35,494 bases of DNA from positions 1 through 35,494 of IMG/VR virus record IMGVR_UViG_3300037419_000304; one strand, given 5' to 3'. Shown here one piece after another: positions 24,910 to 32,583 of this stretch (the first letter of the stretch is position 1; every line of letters begins with the position of its first letter). The translations under genes and the position numbers were made by a program. Source of the DNA: a virus. Lineage: Duplodnaviria > Caudoviricetes. The notes under the pieces are model-generated. The model was not told the DNA's origin, made no database searches, and worked only from the letters and a program-made list of their open reading frames with translations.

Positions 24910-26045
24910 CCGGGGTGCGCCTGAGGTGATTCCTCTTGCCGCTCTCCTGCCGCTCCAAGCGCACGTCGCGCCTGCTCGAACCGTGCCTCGGACGCGTGGA
25001 TGTACCGCTCCACCGATCGGAGACTGGCGTGCCCCATCAGTGCTGCGATCTGATGCGGCGGGACGCCCTTCTCGGCCAGCCACGACCCGTATGTGTGCCG
25101 CAGGTCATGAGGCGTCGGCTGCGGGTCCTGCAACCCGGCGCGCTCCACCGCGGGGAGCCACACCCGCTTACGCCAGTTCTCCGACCGCACCCTGCCGCCG
25201 TCGCGCCCGGTAATCACCAGCCCGTCGTCCGGGGCAGGGATGTGCTGGGACAAATCCGCTACGAGCTCGTCGGTCAACGGGACCGGCCGTGTGCCCGCAT
25301 CGGACTTCGGCCGCTTCTCGGCGCCCTTCCTTGGTTGCACCTTCGCGATCTGGATCCGCTTCCGCAGGAAATCGACCCGGAACCGCCGCAAGCCGACCGC
25401 CTCCTGAAACCTGAGGCCGCAATACAGCATCAGCTTCACCAGCAGCAGATCCTGCCCATTGAACTCCTTGAGCAGCCGGTCGGCTTCCTCGCGGGTGAGG
25501 AACCGGTCGACGTGCCGGTCAGGTGTCGGCGCCCGCACCAGCGCAGTCGGGTCGGTAGTGATCAGCTGGTGCCTGGCGGCTGCCTCCATCATCTGCGACA
25601 GCAACGCCAGCGACTCCTGCACTGTCGGCTTGCCGACGCCATTGCGGATGAGGTTGGTGATCCACTTCTCCACGTCCCAGGACTGGATCGACGACAGCGG
25701 CCACGACCCGAATGGTGGCTCGATGTGGTTGCGCCACCGCGACGTGTACGCATCCACCGTCGCCTGCTCGAGCCGCTTGGTCGCGAACCACTTCTCCCAC
25801 CAATCTCCGAGGCTCAGCTTGCCGGCGTGCGGGTCGATGAACTCGCCACGCCGGATCTTGCGTTCCTGTTCGTCGGCCCACTCCTGCACCACCTTCTTCA
25901 GTGGATCGGAGTGGGAGTACCGCTGGCCAGATGGGTGGCGAACGGTGGCCTGCCACAGCCCCTTCGGCTTCTCGCCTTCCGGCAACTCTCCCGCACGTTG
26001 CCGGCGCTTCTGCTCGGGGGTGAGGAGTCGTCTGATGTGCGCCAT
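24897..26045 (-). CDS. int: Tyrosine integrase (382 aa)
   Basis: GLRFQE..GL, K, HDLRHTY, LMGH, RY.H catalytic motifs; N-terminal arm-binding and core-binding domains. Confidence 0.97.
   Translation of the reverse strand: MAHIRRLLTPEQKRRQRAGELPEGEKPKGLWQATVRHPSGQRYSHSDPLKKVVQEWADEQERKIRRGEFIDPHAGKLSLGDWWEKWFATKRLEQATVDAYTSRWRNHIEPPFGSWPLSSIQSWDVEKWITNLIRNGVGKPTVQESLALLSQMMEAAARHQLITTDPTALVRAPTPDRHVDRFLTREEADRLLKEFNGQDLLLVKLMLYCGLRFQEAVGLRRFRVDFLRKRIQIAKVQPRKGAEKRPKSDAGTRPVPLTDELVADLSQHIPAPDDGLVITGRDGGRVRSENWRKRVWLPAVERAGLQDPQPTPHDLRHTYGSWLAEKGVPPHQIAALMGHASLRSVERYIHASEARFEQARRALGAAGERQEESPQAHPGVPK
24936..24957. promoter_or_regulatory. Integrase arm-type sites, right pair (inside int 3' end)
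   Basis: TTGCCGCTCTC followed by CTGCCGCTCCA. Confidence 0.7.
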
Positions 26046-26049
26046 CAGG

Positions 26050-26394
26050 TCACCCCTCGGCGCGTGCCCCCTCGGTGGCGAGGATCCGCAGCATCCTCCG
26101 CGCACCGGGTGACAGCTTCGGCCAGGCCGCGATCAGCGCATCCAGATCGGGGTCCTGCATGGGCTGTGGCTCCAGCCCGTTGAGGATGCGCTCCACTGAC
26201 CCGTGCCGCCACCGCAGCACCCGCTCGAGCGCCGAGATGGTGGCAGGGTCGTACGAGGTCTTGCGCCCGTGTTCCACGTTGTCCAGTGTGGACGTGGACA
26301 GCCCGGAGATCGACGCCAACTGGGCGAGGCTGTAGCCGAGGTGGGCGCGCTGCGTGGTCACGTGACCCGCGAGTAGGTCCCACCTTTTCGGCAT
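26050..26394 (-). CDS. XRE-family HTH regulator (immunity repressor-like)
   Basis: R..LG.S..QLA..SGLS.STL.N.E.G...Y...T..ALE..L.W..GS...IL.G.EP; start taken as ATG 26394 (uncertain). Confidence 0.85.
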   Translation of the reverse strand: MPKRWDLLAGHVTTQRAHLGYSLAQLASISGLSTSTLDNVEHGRKTSYDPATISALERVLRWRHGSVERILNGLEPQPMQDPDLDALIAAWPKLSPGARRMLRILATEGARAEG

Positions 26395-26468
26395 GTGGTG
26401 AAGCGTGTCGATCTGCGAGTCCAACCGACACGCTCACACACCCCTGGTGTGGGATTGTGGGGAAATCC

Positions 26469-26852
26469 CTAGCCACGATCAGCCAAACTCGCGACAGCGT
26501 GCAACGCCGTAGCGGTGCCACAGTTCGGGCAGTGAGGCAGCGGCGCCATTACCGGGGGCCGGCGACGCTCCCCGTGAATCATGCCCTCGCGGTAGCCGTC
26601 CTCGTACCCTTCTTCGATGCCCCGGTCGTGGGCGACCTTGTAGATCTCGTCGCCGGCCAGGTTCTTCTCCTCCAGCTTGTCGTGCTGGTCCGCCATCTTC
26701 TTGAAGCCGATCAGGATCACCCCCGCGAGGAACAACGCAATCCCGACCCGGACGGGGTCGAACTCCCTGACACTTCCCCAGACGATGCACACCACCCCCA
26801 AGCTCCCCATGAGTGATCCGGTGAACCCCAGCTTGGTTGGTTTCTTCACCAC
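26469..26852 (-). CDS. 2-TM membrane protein with GxxxG-repeat helix and C-terminal CxxC
   Basis: GGAAGG RBS before GTG 26852; two hydrophobic helices; GIEEGYEDGYREG; HCPNCG. Confidence 0.75.
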   Translation of the reverse strand: MVKKPTKLGFTGSLMGSLGVVCIVWGSVREFDPVRVGIALFLAGVILIGFKKMADQHDKLEEKNLAGDEIYKVAHDRGIEEGYEDGYREGMIHGERRRPPVMAPLPHCPNCGTATALHAVASLADRG

Positions 26853-27004
26853 GTAATCCCTTCCGAACAGGCTGATCCATATCGGTCCCCCCCACGGTCT
26901 AGACCGCGGTACAGAACCTCTATCTCTGCCGAGCCCCAAAGGGTTACGGGTATTTCGTGTCACGGTTTGGTCACGATCCGCTTTCGGTTGTGCGTGTTGA
27001 GTTG

Positions 27005-27388
27005 TCATGAGTCGTCGCGGTGAGACCACCGCACCACACCTCCTGGCTGGTTGCCCGTTCGCCGCAGGGGTGGCGATTGGTCATCGAACAAATCCAAGGT
27101 GACCCGAATGAGGTCGGGATCGGCGCCGGAGTTGTAGATCCGCTTCTTGTCGCCGGTCCCGATATAGATGAGCCAGTCGGCCGGCAGGCGGAGTTTGCCG
27201 CCCAGGGCCCGCAGCATGGTGTCGCTGATGTCGGCATCCTCAGCTTTGATGCGCTTGATCGTCGGCAGGCTGGGACTCCCCGGCATCGCGCCGACCGCTC
27301 TGGTGGACACGCCCTGGCGGGCGATCTCTTCGCTGACGAATCTGGCGATCCTGGCGCGGCCGTGTCTGTCGATCATGTAGAGGATCAT
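27005..27388 (-). CDS. Second HTH regulator (divergent XRE-like; candidate primary repressor)
   Basis: First leftward gene at the switch; helix pattern S.RAV....SPSLPTIKRI......S..ML.AL...L.LP..WL; start uncertain (27418/27388/27376). Confidence 0.65.
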   Translation of the reverse strand: MILYMIDRHGRARIARFVSEEIARQGVSTRAVGAMPGSPSLPTIKRIKAEDADISDTMLRALGGKLRLPADWLIYIGTGDKKRIYNSGADPDLIRVTLDLFDDQSPPLRRTGNQPGGVVRWSHRDDS

Positions 27389-27435
27389 GGCAGACCTGCT
27401 CGGTTCATTCCGGTTCATTCGGGTTCATGTGAGCC

Positions 27436-27465
27436 ACGGTAACCCCATAGGGCGTGATCCCGCAA
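27436..27465 (-). promoter_or_regulatory. Putative leftward (lysogenic) promoter
   Basis: TTGCGG-N18-TACCGT on - strand with an ATG at 27428 near the predicted +1. Confidence 0.55.
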
Positions 27466-27511
27466 TAGCCCGTTTGAACCCACTTGATCCCAAAAAAGAC
27501 CCAATTGAGCC

Positions 27512-27540
27512 TTGCACGCACAGCGCACGGGGCGTAACGT
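27512..27540 (+). promoter_or_regulatory. Putative rightward (early lytic) promoter
   Basis: TTGCAC-N17-TAACGT flanked on both sides by the repeat arrays. Confidence 0.65.
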
Positions 27541-27672
27541 TCGGGTCGTGAACCCAAATGAGCCCACAAGAACCCACCTCTTGAAGCAGGCGCCGAAGCG
27601 GTACGGGTGCCCACTCTTCGCACTCTTGGTTGCGGTTATCCCAGGGCTCCTGGTGACAGGACTGGTGATCCG

Positions 27673-27885
27673 GTGACGAAGCCGAAGAACGAGACGACCA
27701 TCGAGACCCGTCTCCTGACCGTCAACGAGGCCGCGTCGGTCCTGGGATACAAGTCGGTCGGCCCCGTCTACAAGCTGATCGCGGACGGCGAGCTCCCGAC
27801 CGTCACTCTCCCGGTACGCGGCGGTACCCGCATCGACAAGAAAGACCTCGACGTGTTCATCGAGCGCCGTAAGCGCGCCGCCTGA
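27673..27885 (+). CDS. xis: Excisionase/Cro-like winged-helix protein (HTH_17 type, 70 aa)
   Basis: LLTV.EAA..LG......VYKLI..GELP......TRI...DL..FI; first rightward gene. Confidence 0.85.
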   Translation: MTKPKNETTIETRLLTVNEAASVLGYKSVGPVYKLIADGELPTVTLPVRGGTRIDKKDLDVFIERRKRAA

Positions 27886-27888
27886 ACC

Positions 27889-28023
27889 CCGGTCGGTGTC
27901 GGTTCAGCTCACCGCTACCCCCCCAGCAGTGACGAGTTCCTCCGACTCCCGGCACCGACCGGCTTCCAACTTCAGACAGAACAAACAGCGGCCCGCGCTG
28001 CCGACCAAGGTCAAACGCGGGCC
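27889..28023 (+). promoter_or_regulatory. Structured intergenic element (two hairpins)
   Basis: 14-bp stem 27889-27902/27949-27962 enclosing a C-rich loop; second stem GGCCCGCG/CGCGGGCC. Confidence 0.5.
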
Positions 28024-28044
28024 ACCGACGAGAAGAGGGTAGCA

Positions 28045-28176
28045 GTGAACATCTTGAAGTGGACCTTAGCTCTGGCAGCCGCGTGGACAGCCCTCGCGTT
28101 CCTGCTGCTGATCGGCTGGTCCGTTGTCGTCACCGACATCAAGCGGTCCCCGCAGTCATTGAAGCGGGTCCACTGA
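28045..28176 (+). CDS. Small membrane protein (43 aa)
   Basis: GAGGG RBS; MNILKWTLALAAAWTALAFLLLIGWSVVV...; absent from ORF track. Confidence 0.65.
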   Translation: MNILKWTLALAAAWTALAFLLLIGWSVVVTDIKRSPQSLKRVH

Positions 28177-28177
28177 C

Positions 28178-28291
28178 ATGGCGCGCATGGACCCCACGAA
28201 GGACTCGTGCGTGGTGGTGCTGCTGGCCGGCGCCACCTTCGCATCCCTGCTCGCGGGTGGCTTGACCGCCCTGGGGTGGTGGATCGCATGA
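28178..28291 (+). CDS. Small membrane protein (37 aa)
   Basis: MARMDPTKDSCVVVLLAGATFASLLAGGLTALGWWIA; ATGA overlap with next gene. Confidence 0.6.
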   Translation: MARMDPTKDSCVVVLLAGATFASLLAGGLTALGWWIA

Positions 28292-28554
28292 GTGAGCAGC
28301 CCATCGTCGTCAGCATGCCACTTGGATTCCAGGCGTCGTGGCGGTCGGAAACCACTGACGTCAAGGCGTTCGTGGTTGAACCGCATGTCTGGGACTCGCT
28401 GGGCGCAACCCACATCGCGCCGAGGTACATCGCGCTGAAGGTCGGTGACGACCTCCGCATCAACATCGAGGACACCGCCATCGCTGAGCGGATCATCGCC
28501 GCGCTGACCGACGCGGTCGCCGAGAAGCGTCGCCTCGATGAGGTCGAGTCATGA
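28288..28554 (+). CDS. Hypothetical protein
   Basis: ATGA overlaps at both ends. Confidence 0.7.
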   Translation: MSEQPIVVSMPLGFQASWRSETTDVKAFVVEPHVWDSLGATHIAPRYIALKVGDDLRINIEDTAIAERIIAALTDAVAEKRRLDEVES

Positions 28555-28862
28555 CCGGGGGCATGGGGGACACCGCAGGCGTGTACGCGGTCCACTCTTT
28601 CAGTGAAGGCATGGCGCGCCTCGCCACCCTGTTCCAGTCCCACCCGGAACTGAAGGGGCTACAGGCAACGGTCGACCAGATGGGCCACGTCGACATCATC
28701 GCCTACGCCGAACACGGCGTACTCAGGGATTGGATCCATGCCCTGCCTGAGGCGAAGCGGTCGAAGGGTCTGTTCACTCTCCAGTCAGGTCCCGCGTACG
28801 AGGAAGTGCTGACCGAGGGTCCGCTCACGATCCACGTACGGCCGAGGGGCGTCCAATCATGA
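28551..28862 (+). CDS. Hypothetical protein
   Basis: GAGG RBS, ATGA overlaps. Confidence 0.7.
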   Translation: MTGGMGDTAGVYAVHSFSEGMARLATLFQSHPELKGLQATVDQMGHVDIIAYAEHGVLRDWIHALPEAKRSKGLFTLQSGPAYEEVLTEGPLTIHVRPRGVQS

Positions 28863-29050
28863 GGTTCGCCGTCATCTACACGACATCGGAAGGCTCCCGT
28901 TATGGGATCGGGCCGCTTACCTCTGAGCAGTTTGCTGATCAAGTCGCCGACCAGGCGCGCCTCATAGCTACATCCGCCGAGGTGGTCGAACTAACAACGG
29001 TTCGCGATTTCCGCTCCTTCTTCGCTGAAGAGATCGGCGGTGCCTCATGA
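28859..29050 (+). CDS. Hypothetical protein
   Basis: ATGA overlaps. Confidence 0.7.
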   Translation: MRFAVIYTTSEGSRYGIGPLTSEQFADQVADQARLIATSAEVVELTTVRDFRSFFAEEIGGAS

Positions 29051-29328
29051 CTGCCCGCCCGTTCGTCTTGGTTCGCCACTACGACCCCACCGGCATCAGT
29101 GGTGTCGGGATCATCGGCGAAGGCGTGGCGTGGACCGGTGGATCCGCTGACCTGCACTGGATGACGGAGCACGAGTCGTTCGTCCACTGGCCCGGTGGCC
29201 TGCCCGAGATCCTCGCGGTACACGGCCACAACGGCTCCACGGTCGCACGCTTCCTCGATGAACCGGAAGCCCCGATCGATGCCCCAAGCAATCACGAGCA
29301 CCACCCGATCTATGACCCCAGGGACTAG
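29047..29328 (+). CDS. Conserved phage hypothetical protein
   Basis: F.L.R..D.TG.SG.G...EGV....G....W......HGH.G.T motif recurrent in actinophages. Confidence 0.8.
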   Translation: MTARPFVLVRHYDPTGISGVGIIGEGVAWTGGSADLHWMTEHESFVHWPGGLPEILAVHGHNGSTVARFLDEPEAPIDAPSNHEHHPIYDPRD

Positions 29329-29330
29329 TC

Positions 29331-29567
29331 ATGACTTCCTCCCCACGCAGAGAAATCCGCGCCCGATACAAGGCGCTCAGGCTGAATGAGCAGGTGGAGC
29401 CGCCTGAGGTTCTGGCCGGCGAACTCGTCAAGCTGCTGAAGGTCGCAGCCCACGACAACCCCGGCGAGTGGTCCGAGGCGTACTGCGAGCACGTCATCAA
29501 CCGCTTCGCTGACCGCTACGTCGAGCTGAGCCGTGTCGCTCCTATCCCGGTAGGGGGCAAGCGGTGA
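29331..29567 (+). CDS. Hypothetical protein
   Basis: Tight operon packing. Confidence 0.65.
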   Translation: MTSSPRREIRARYKALRLNEQVEPPEVLAGELVKLLKVAAHDNPGEWSEAYCEHVINRFADRYVELSRVAPIPVGGKR

Positions 29568-29755
29568 ACGCCGGCAAGTTCGTCGGCTTCGTGTGGACGT
29601 TGATCGCGGCGTACTTCCTGCTCTCCTTCTTCGTCCTGCCGGTCCTGCTTGTCCGCTGGCGGCGCCGTGAACGCATGGACGCTGCGGAGACCACTCGCAC
29701 ACTGCGGCTACTGAAGATCGACACCACTCACGCTCACGAGATGGACGCCCTATGA
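29564..29755 (+). CDS. Small membrane protein
   Basis: One TM followed by RWRRR; coupled overlaps. Confidence 0.7.
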   Translation: MNAGKFVGFVWTLIAAYFLLSFFVLPVLLVRWRRRERMDAAETTRTLRLLKIDTTHAHEMDAL

Positions 29756-30018
29756 CGACGCTGAACGCCAAGTCGGGCAACGCCTACGACGCGATGATCG
29801 CCCACTACGAGAGCGAGCACCCGGGCGAGATTTGGCATGGGTTCGACAACGACCGCGGCGCCTTCGAGGCGGGCTGGGAGGACGGCTACCACAAGGCCGT
29901 GAGCGACTTCAGGTACCTCGGCATCAAGGTGCTGAAGGCGTACGAAAGGGGCGCGCTCACCGCTGAACGCAAGCACGCCTACGAGACCGCGATAAACGTC
30001 CTGCGGGAGCTCCGGTGA
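29752..30018 (+). CDS. Hypothetical protein
   Basis: AFEAGWEDGY motif; coupled overlaps. Confidence 0.7.
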   Translation: MTTLNAKSGNAYDAMIAHYESEHPGEIWHGFDNDRGAFEAGWEDGYHKAVSDFRYLGIKVLKAYERGALTAERKHAYETAINVLRELR

Positions 30019-30182
30019 TCCGGGCGATCGGCTACCTGCTGAGTGAGGTGTTCTGGACGCTGGTGTTCAAGATCGCCCCACCGCAGGACCGGCCTGACGA
30101 CGACCAGTTGACCGCCGAGCAGGTGGCCGCCAGGACCAAGTGGATCCGCGACCATCGCCCACTGAACGGGGGGTGGCGATGA
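30015..30182 (+). CDS. Hypothetical protein (55 aa)
   Basis: GTGA and ATGA overlaps fill the gap exactly; absent from ORF track. Confidence 0.65.
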   Translation: MIRAIGYLLSEVFWTLVFKIAPPQDRPDDDQLTAEQVAARTKWIRDHRPLNGGWR

Positions 30183-30562
30183 CCGCTGTCATCCTGCTCG
30201 CGATCTCCCGCGACATCCTCCTCACCTCCAACCAGCGACTCCACTGGGCCGCGAAGGCACGCAGCACCAAGGCGATCCGTGACATGGCGCACGTGATGGC
30301 CAGGTTCGAGCGGCCGAAGAAGATGTCCGCCGCCACCTGTGTCGCTGAGGTGACGTGGCCGGATCGGCGGGAGCGTGACGCGCACAACCTGCAGCCAACA
30401 GTGAAGGCCGCTCTCGACGGCGTGATCGGCGACTACGGCCTGCTGCCCAGTGACTCCGACAAGCATCTGAAGTCGCTGCAGTTCACGGCATCAGAGAAAA
30501 CCCATGACACCCCTGGTGTCGCCTGCTTCGTCCAGCTGACCTTTACGGAGGTGCAGATATGA
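30179..30562 (+). CDS. rusA: RusA-like Holliday junction resolvase
   Basis: SN.R.HW, RD..NL.PT.KA.LDG, L..DSD acidic motifs. Confidence 0.8.
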   Translation: MTAVILLAISRDILLTSNQRLHWAAKARSTKAIRDMAHVMARFERPKKMSAATCVAEVTWPDRRERDAHNLQPTVKAALDGVIGDYGLLPSDSDKHLKSLQFTASEKTHDTPGVACFVQLTFTEVQI

Positions 30563-30819
30563 CCCGCATCACCGACGACATCACGTTCACCGCTCTTCGG
30601 GGGTTCAACAAGCGGCCGGGTTATTCCCAGCTTGAGCGAATGCGCGATGCACTGGAAGCTGTTCTCCCCCACCTGGAGGGAGACACGCCAGCAACGGACT
30701 GGGTTGACGTCGAGGATGCGATCCGCGACGAGTTCGCGCGGTTCGGTGCCTCCGAGGTGGCCGATGACGCGCGGCGGGCAACGGAGGCAGTGCGGGCGCT
30801 GATCGGCGGTGCCAAGTGA
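30559..30819 (+). CDS. Hypothetical protein
   Basis: GGAGG RBS; coupled overlaps. Confidence 0.7.
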   Translation: MTRITDDITFTALRGFNKRPGYSQLERMRDALEAVLPHLEGDTPATDWVDVEDAIRDEFARFGASEVADDARRATEAVRALIGGAK

Positions 30820-31100
30820 CCGACCTGATCCACCAGTACCGGCCCGAACCGTGGACCGAGTACGCCGTCTGCCGCTCCATAGGTGACACGCCGTTCTTCC
30901 CAGAGAACGGCAACTCCTGGGTCGAGGCGGTCAGGGTCTGCCAGGGATGCCCGGTGCGGCCTCAGTGCCTGGATTACGCGATGCGCATGGAGGTCGGCCA
31001 GTCCAACAAGACCCGTATGGGTGTGTGGGGTGGCTTGACGCCGAACGGACGGAAGAAGCACGAGCGCCAGTGGCTCACCGAGCAGGAGAGCGCGGCATGA
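30816..31100 (+). CDS. whiB: WhiB family transcription factor
   Basis: W...A.C, FFP, C..CPV...CL.YA, GVWGGLT...R. Confidence 0.95.
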   Translation: MTDLIHQYRPEPWTEYAVCRSIGDTPFFPENGNSWVEAVRVCQGCPVRPQCLDYAMRMEVGQSNKTRMGVWGGLTPNGRKKHERQWLTEQESAA

Positions 31101-31372
31101 CGGGGATGCGGTACAGCGACCCCGCGAACTCGCTGCAGACCGAGTTCGACGCGGAGATCGCAGCCAACCCGCCGGTCATCGAGTGGGTGTTCGACAAGCA
31201 CAGACGCGTCCTGGTCGGCCACGTCATCGACGACCCGTACCGGGACGGTGCCTACAACGGCTCGAAGACGCACTGCAAGCGTGGCCACCCGCTCGATCAG
31301 CAGAACACGATGGCCGACCACGGTTACCGCCGCTGCCGCACCTGCAAGAACGAGAGAAGGAGAGCGTCGTGA
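31097..31372 (+). CDS. Hypothetical protein with KTHC.RGH...CR.C zinc-binding domain
   Basis: Motif usually found at the C-terminus of actinophage HNH endonucleases; no HNH core here. Confidence 0.7.
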   Translation: MTGMRYSDPANSLQTEFDAEIAANPPVIEWVFDKHRRVLVGHVIDDPYRDGAYNGSKTHCKRGHPLDQQNTMADHGYRRCRTCKNERRRAS

Positions 31373-31953
31373 GCGCCTTCAATGCCCAGCAGACGCTGCA
31401 GTTGCTCGCGCCGATCCGCGCCAACCGCGTCCTCGCTGACGGCAAGGGGCATTCCCATGTCAGCCAGCAGGACATCACCGCTCACCTGATCCGCGTGTTC
31501 GGCTTCGGCTCGTTCGACACCGACATCGTCTCCGTGGAGTGCGTGTTCGAGCAGGAGCGGGCCGACAAGAACGGCGTCCTCACTGGCCGGTTCGACGTCT
31601 GCTACCGGGCTCTGCTGCGGTTGACGATCCGCGATGAACATGGGCGCGAGGTGTGCCACTACGAGGACGGCTCGACCGCCACAGCACAGAACCAGACCCG
31701 TGGTGACGCGCACGACCTGGCGTACAAGTCGGCGCTGTCGCTGGCGAAGAAGCGCGCCGCTATCAACCTCGGCGACCAGTTCGGCCTGAGCCTCTACAAC
31801 AAGGGCCAGACGGACGCGCTGGTGAGGGGCACCCTCGTACTCCCGGCCAAGCCGGAAGGTGACGAGAAGCCCGCTGGTGACGTGCAGGAAGGCGTTGCGC
31901 AGCAGGTGTCCCTCGGCAACGACGAGATCGAACGCGAGGGGGATGCGGCATGA
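31369..31953 (+). CDS. Rad52/Rad22-family (Sak-like) ssDNA annealing protein
   Basis: S.V...DI...L.RVFGFG.F, D.A.KSA.S.A.KRAA.NLGDQFGLSLY. Confidence 0.9.
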   Translation: MSAFNAQQTLQLLAPIRANRVLADGKGHSHVSQQDITAHLIRVFGFGSFDTDIVSVECVFEQERADKNGVLTGRFDVCYRALLRLTIRDEHGREVCHYEDGSTATAQNQTRGDAHDLAYKSALSLAKKRAAINLGDQFGLSLYNKGQTDALVRGTLVLPAKPEGDEKPAGDVQEGVAQQVSLGNDEIEREGDAA

Positions 31954-32204
31954 CCGACCTCGCGCCGTGGGAGATCGAAGAGATCGCGCCGGCCATGTAC
32001 CCGATGGAGATGGAGGAGTACGACGCGATCCGCGACGACATCCGCTCCGCATACCTGGCCGAGCCGTGGATGCTGCCCGCACTGGTGAACAGGTGTGTGG
32101 CGATCCTCGGGGTGATCGCGCAGACCGGGGCCGAGGCTGACAACAAGATCGCCACCCAGACCCTGCGCAGCCTGGTACAGGACGCGATGGAGGCCGCGTC
32201 ATGA
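31950..32204 (+). CDS. Hypothetical protein
   Basis: ATGA overlaps. Confidence 0.7.
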   Translation: MTDLAPWEIEEIAPAMYPMEMEEYDAIRDDIRSAYLAEPWMLPALVNRCVAILGVIAQTGAEADNKIATQTLRSLVQDAMEAAS

Positions 32205-32392
32205 CGGGCCACATGAGAATCCCCGATGCAGCGGTGAAGGCAGCTATCGAGGCCCGCTACGACCACGGCACAGACCCGATGCCGTACCACGCCAACCGGT
32301 GCCGCTGCGGCGCAACCTTCGCGACCGCGGTGGAACACCTGGAGCACGCGACCCGCAAGTCGATCGAGGCCGCACTGGAGGCCGCGTCATGA
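32188..32392 (+). repeat. 17-bp direct repeats flanking a single gene
   Basis: TGGAGGCCGCGTCATGA at 32188-32204 and 32376-32392. Confidence 0.9.
32201..32392 (+). CDS. Small Zn-binding protein (CxCG...H..H)
   Basis: CRCGATF...EHLEH; coupled overlaps. Confidence 0.7.
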   Translation: MTGHMRIPDAAVKAAIEARYDHGTDPMPYHANRCRCGATFATAVEHLEHATRKSIEAALEAAS

Positions 32393-32583
32393 GCCTCCGC
32401 TGCGGTTGTTCCGCTGAGGGTGACGAGATCGTGTTCGGCCCGGTCCACGAATGCAGCAAGAACCCCGGCCTGCGGTACACGAAGCGTTCCCTGCCCCCGT
32501 TGGTGCCTAGTTGGGCGTTCGTCGTACCCGCTGAGCGACCCTACGAGACCACGCTGGACGAGCAAGAGTGGACGGGTGAGTGA
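32389..32583 (+). CDS. Hypothetical protein
   Basis: GGAGG RBS, ATGA overlap; CGC...HEC. Confidence 0.65.
   Translation: MSLRCGCSAEGDEIVFGPVHECSKNPGLRYTKRSLPPLVPSWAFVVPAERPYETTLDEQEWTGE

Larger units (their letters stand above)
27401..27576. repeat. Operator-like arrays of TGA(A/T/G)CCCR with 10-11 bp period
   Basis: Three inverted copies at 27401-27430, six direct copies at 27455-27513, three direct copies at 27549-27576. Confidence 0.8.

Noticed and set aside
24704-24964. 318-aa version of the SGNH ORF from the track
   Set aside because: The extension crosses attP and the int end; the SD and signal peptide support ATG 24703
24897-27388. Integration-dependent immunity with attP inside the repressor and ssrA-like tags
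   Set aside because: attP is downstream of int, not within either HTH gene, and Int ends in GVPK rather than an ssrA-like tail
27401-27576. CRISPR or mini-CRISPR array
   Set aside because: Units are about 8-10 bp with no unique spacers and no cas genes; fits operator arrays
27870-31953. C-terminal AA endings (Xis KRAA, WhiB ESAA, annealase GDAA) as ClpXP degrons
   Set aside because: WhiB and annealase endings are explained by the RBS-plus-GCATGA junction; only Xis is independent, and that alone is too weak
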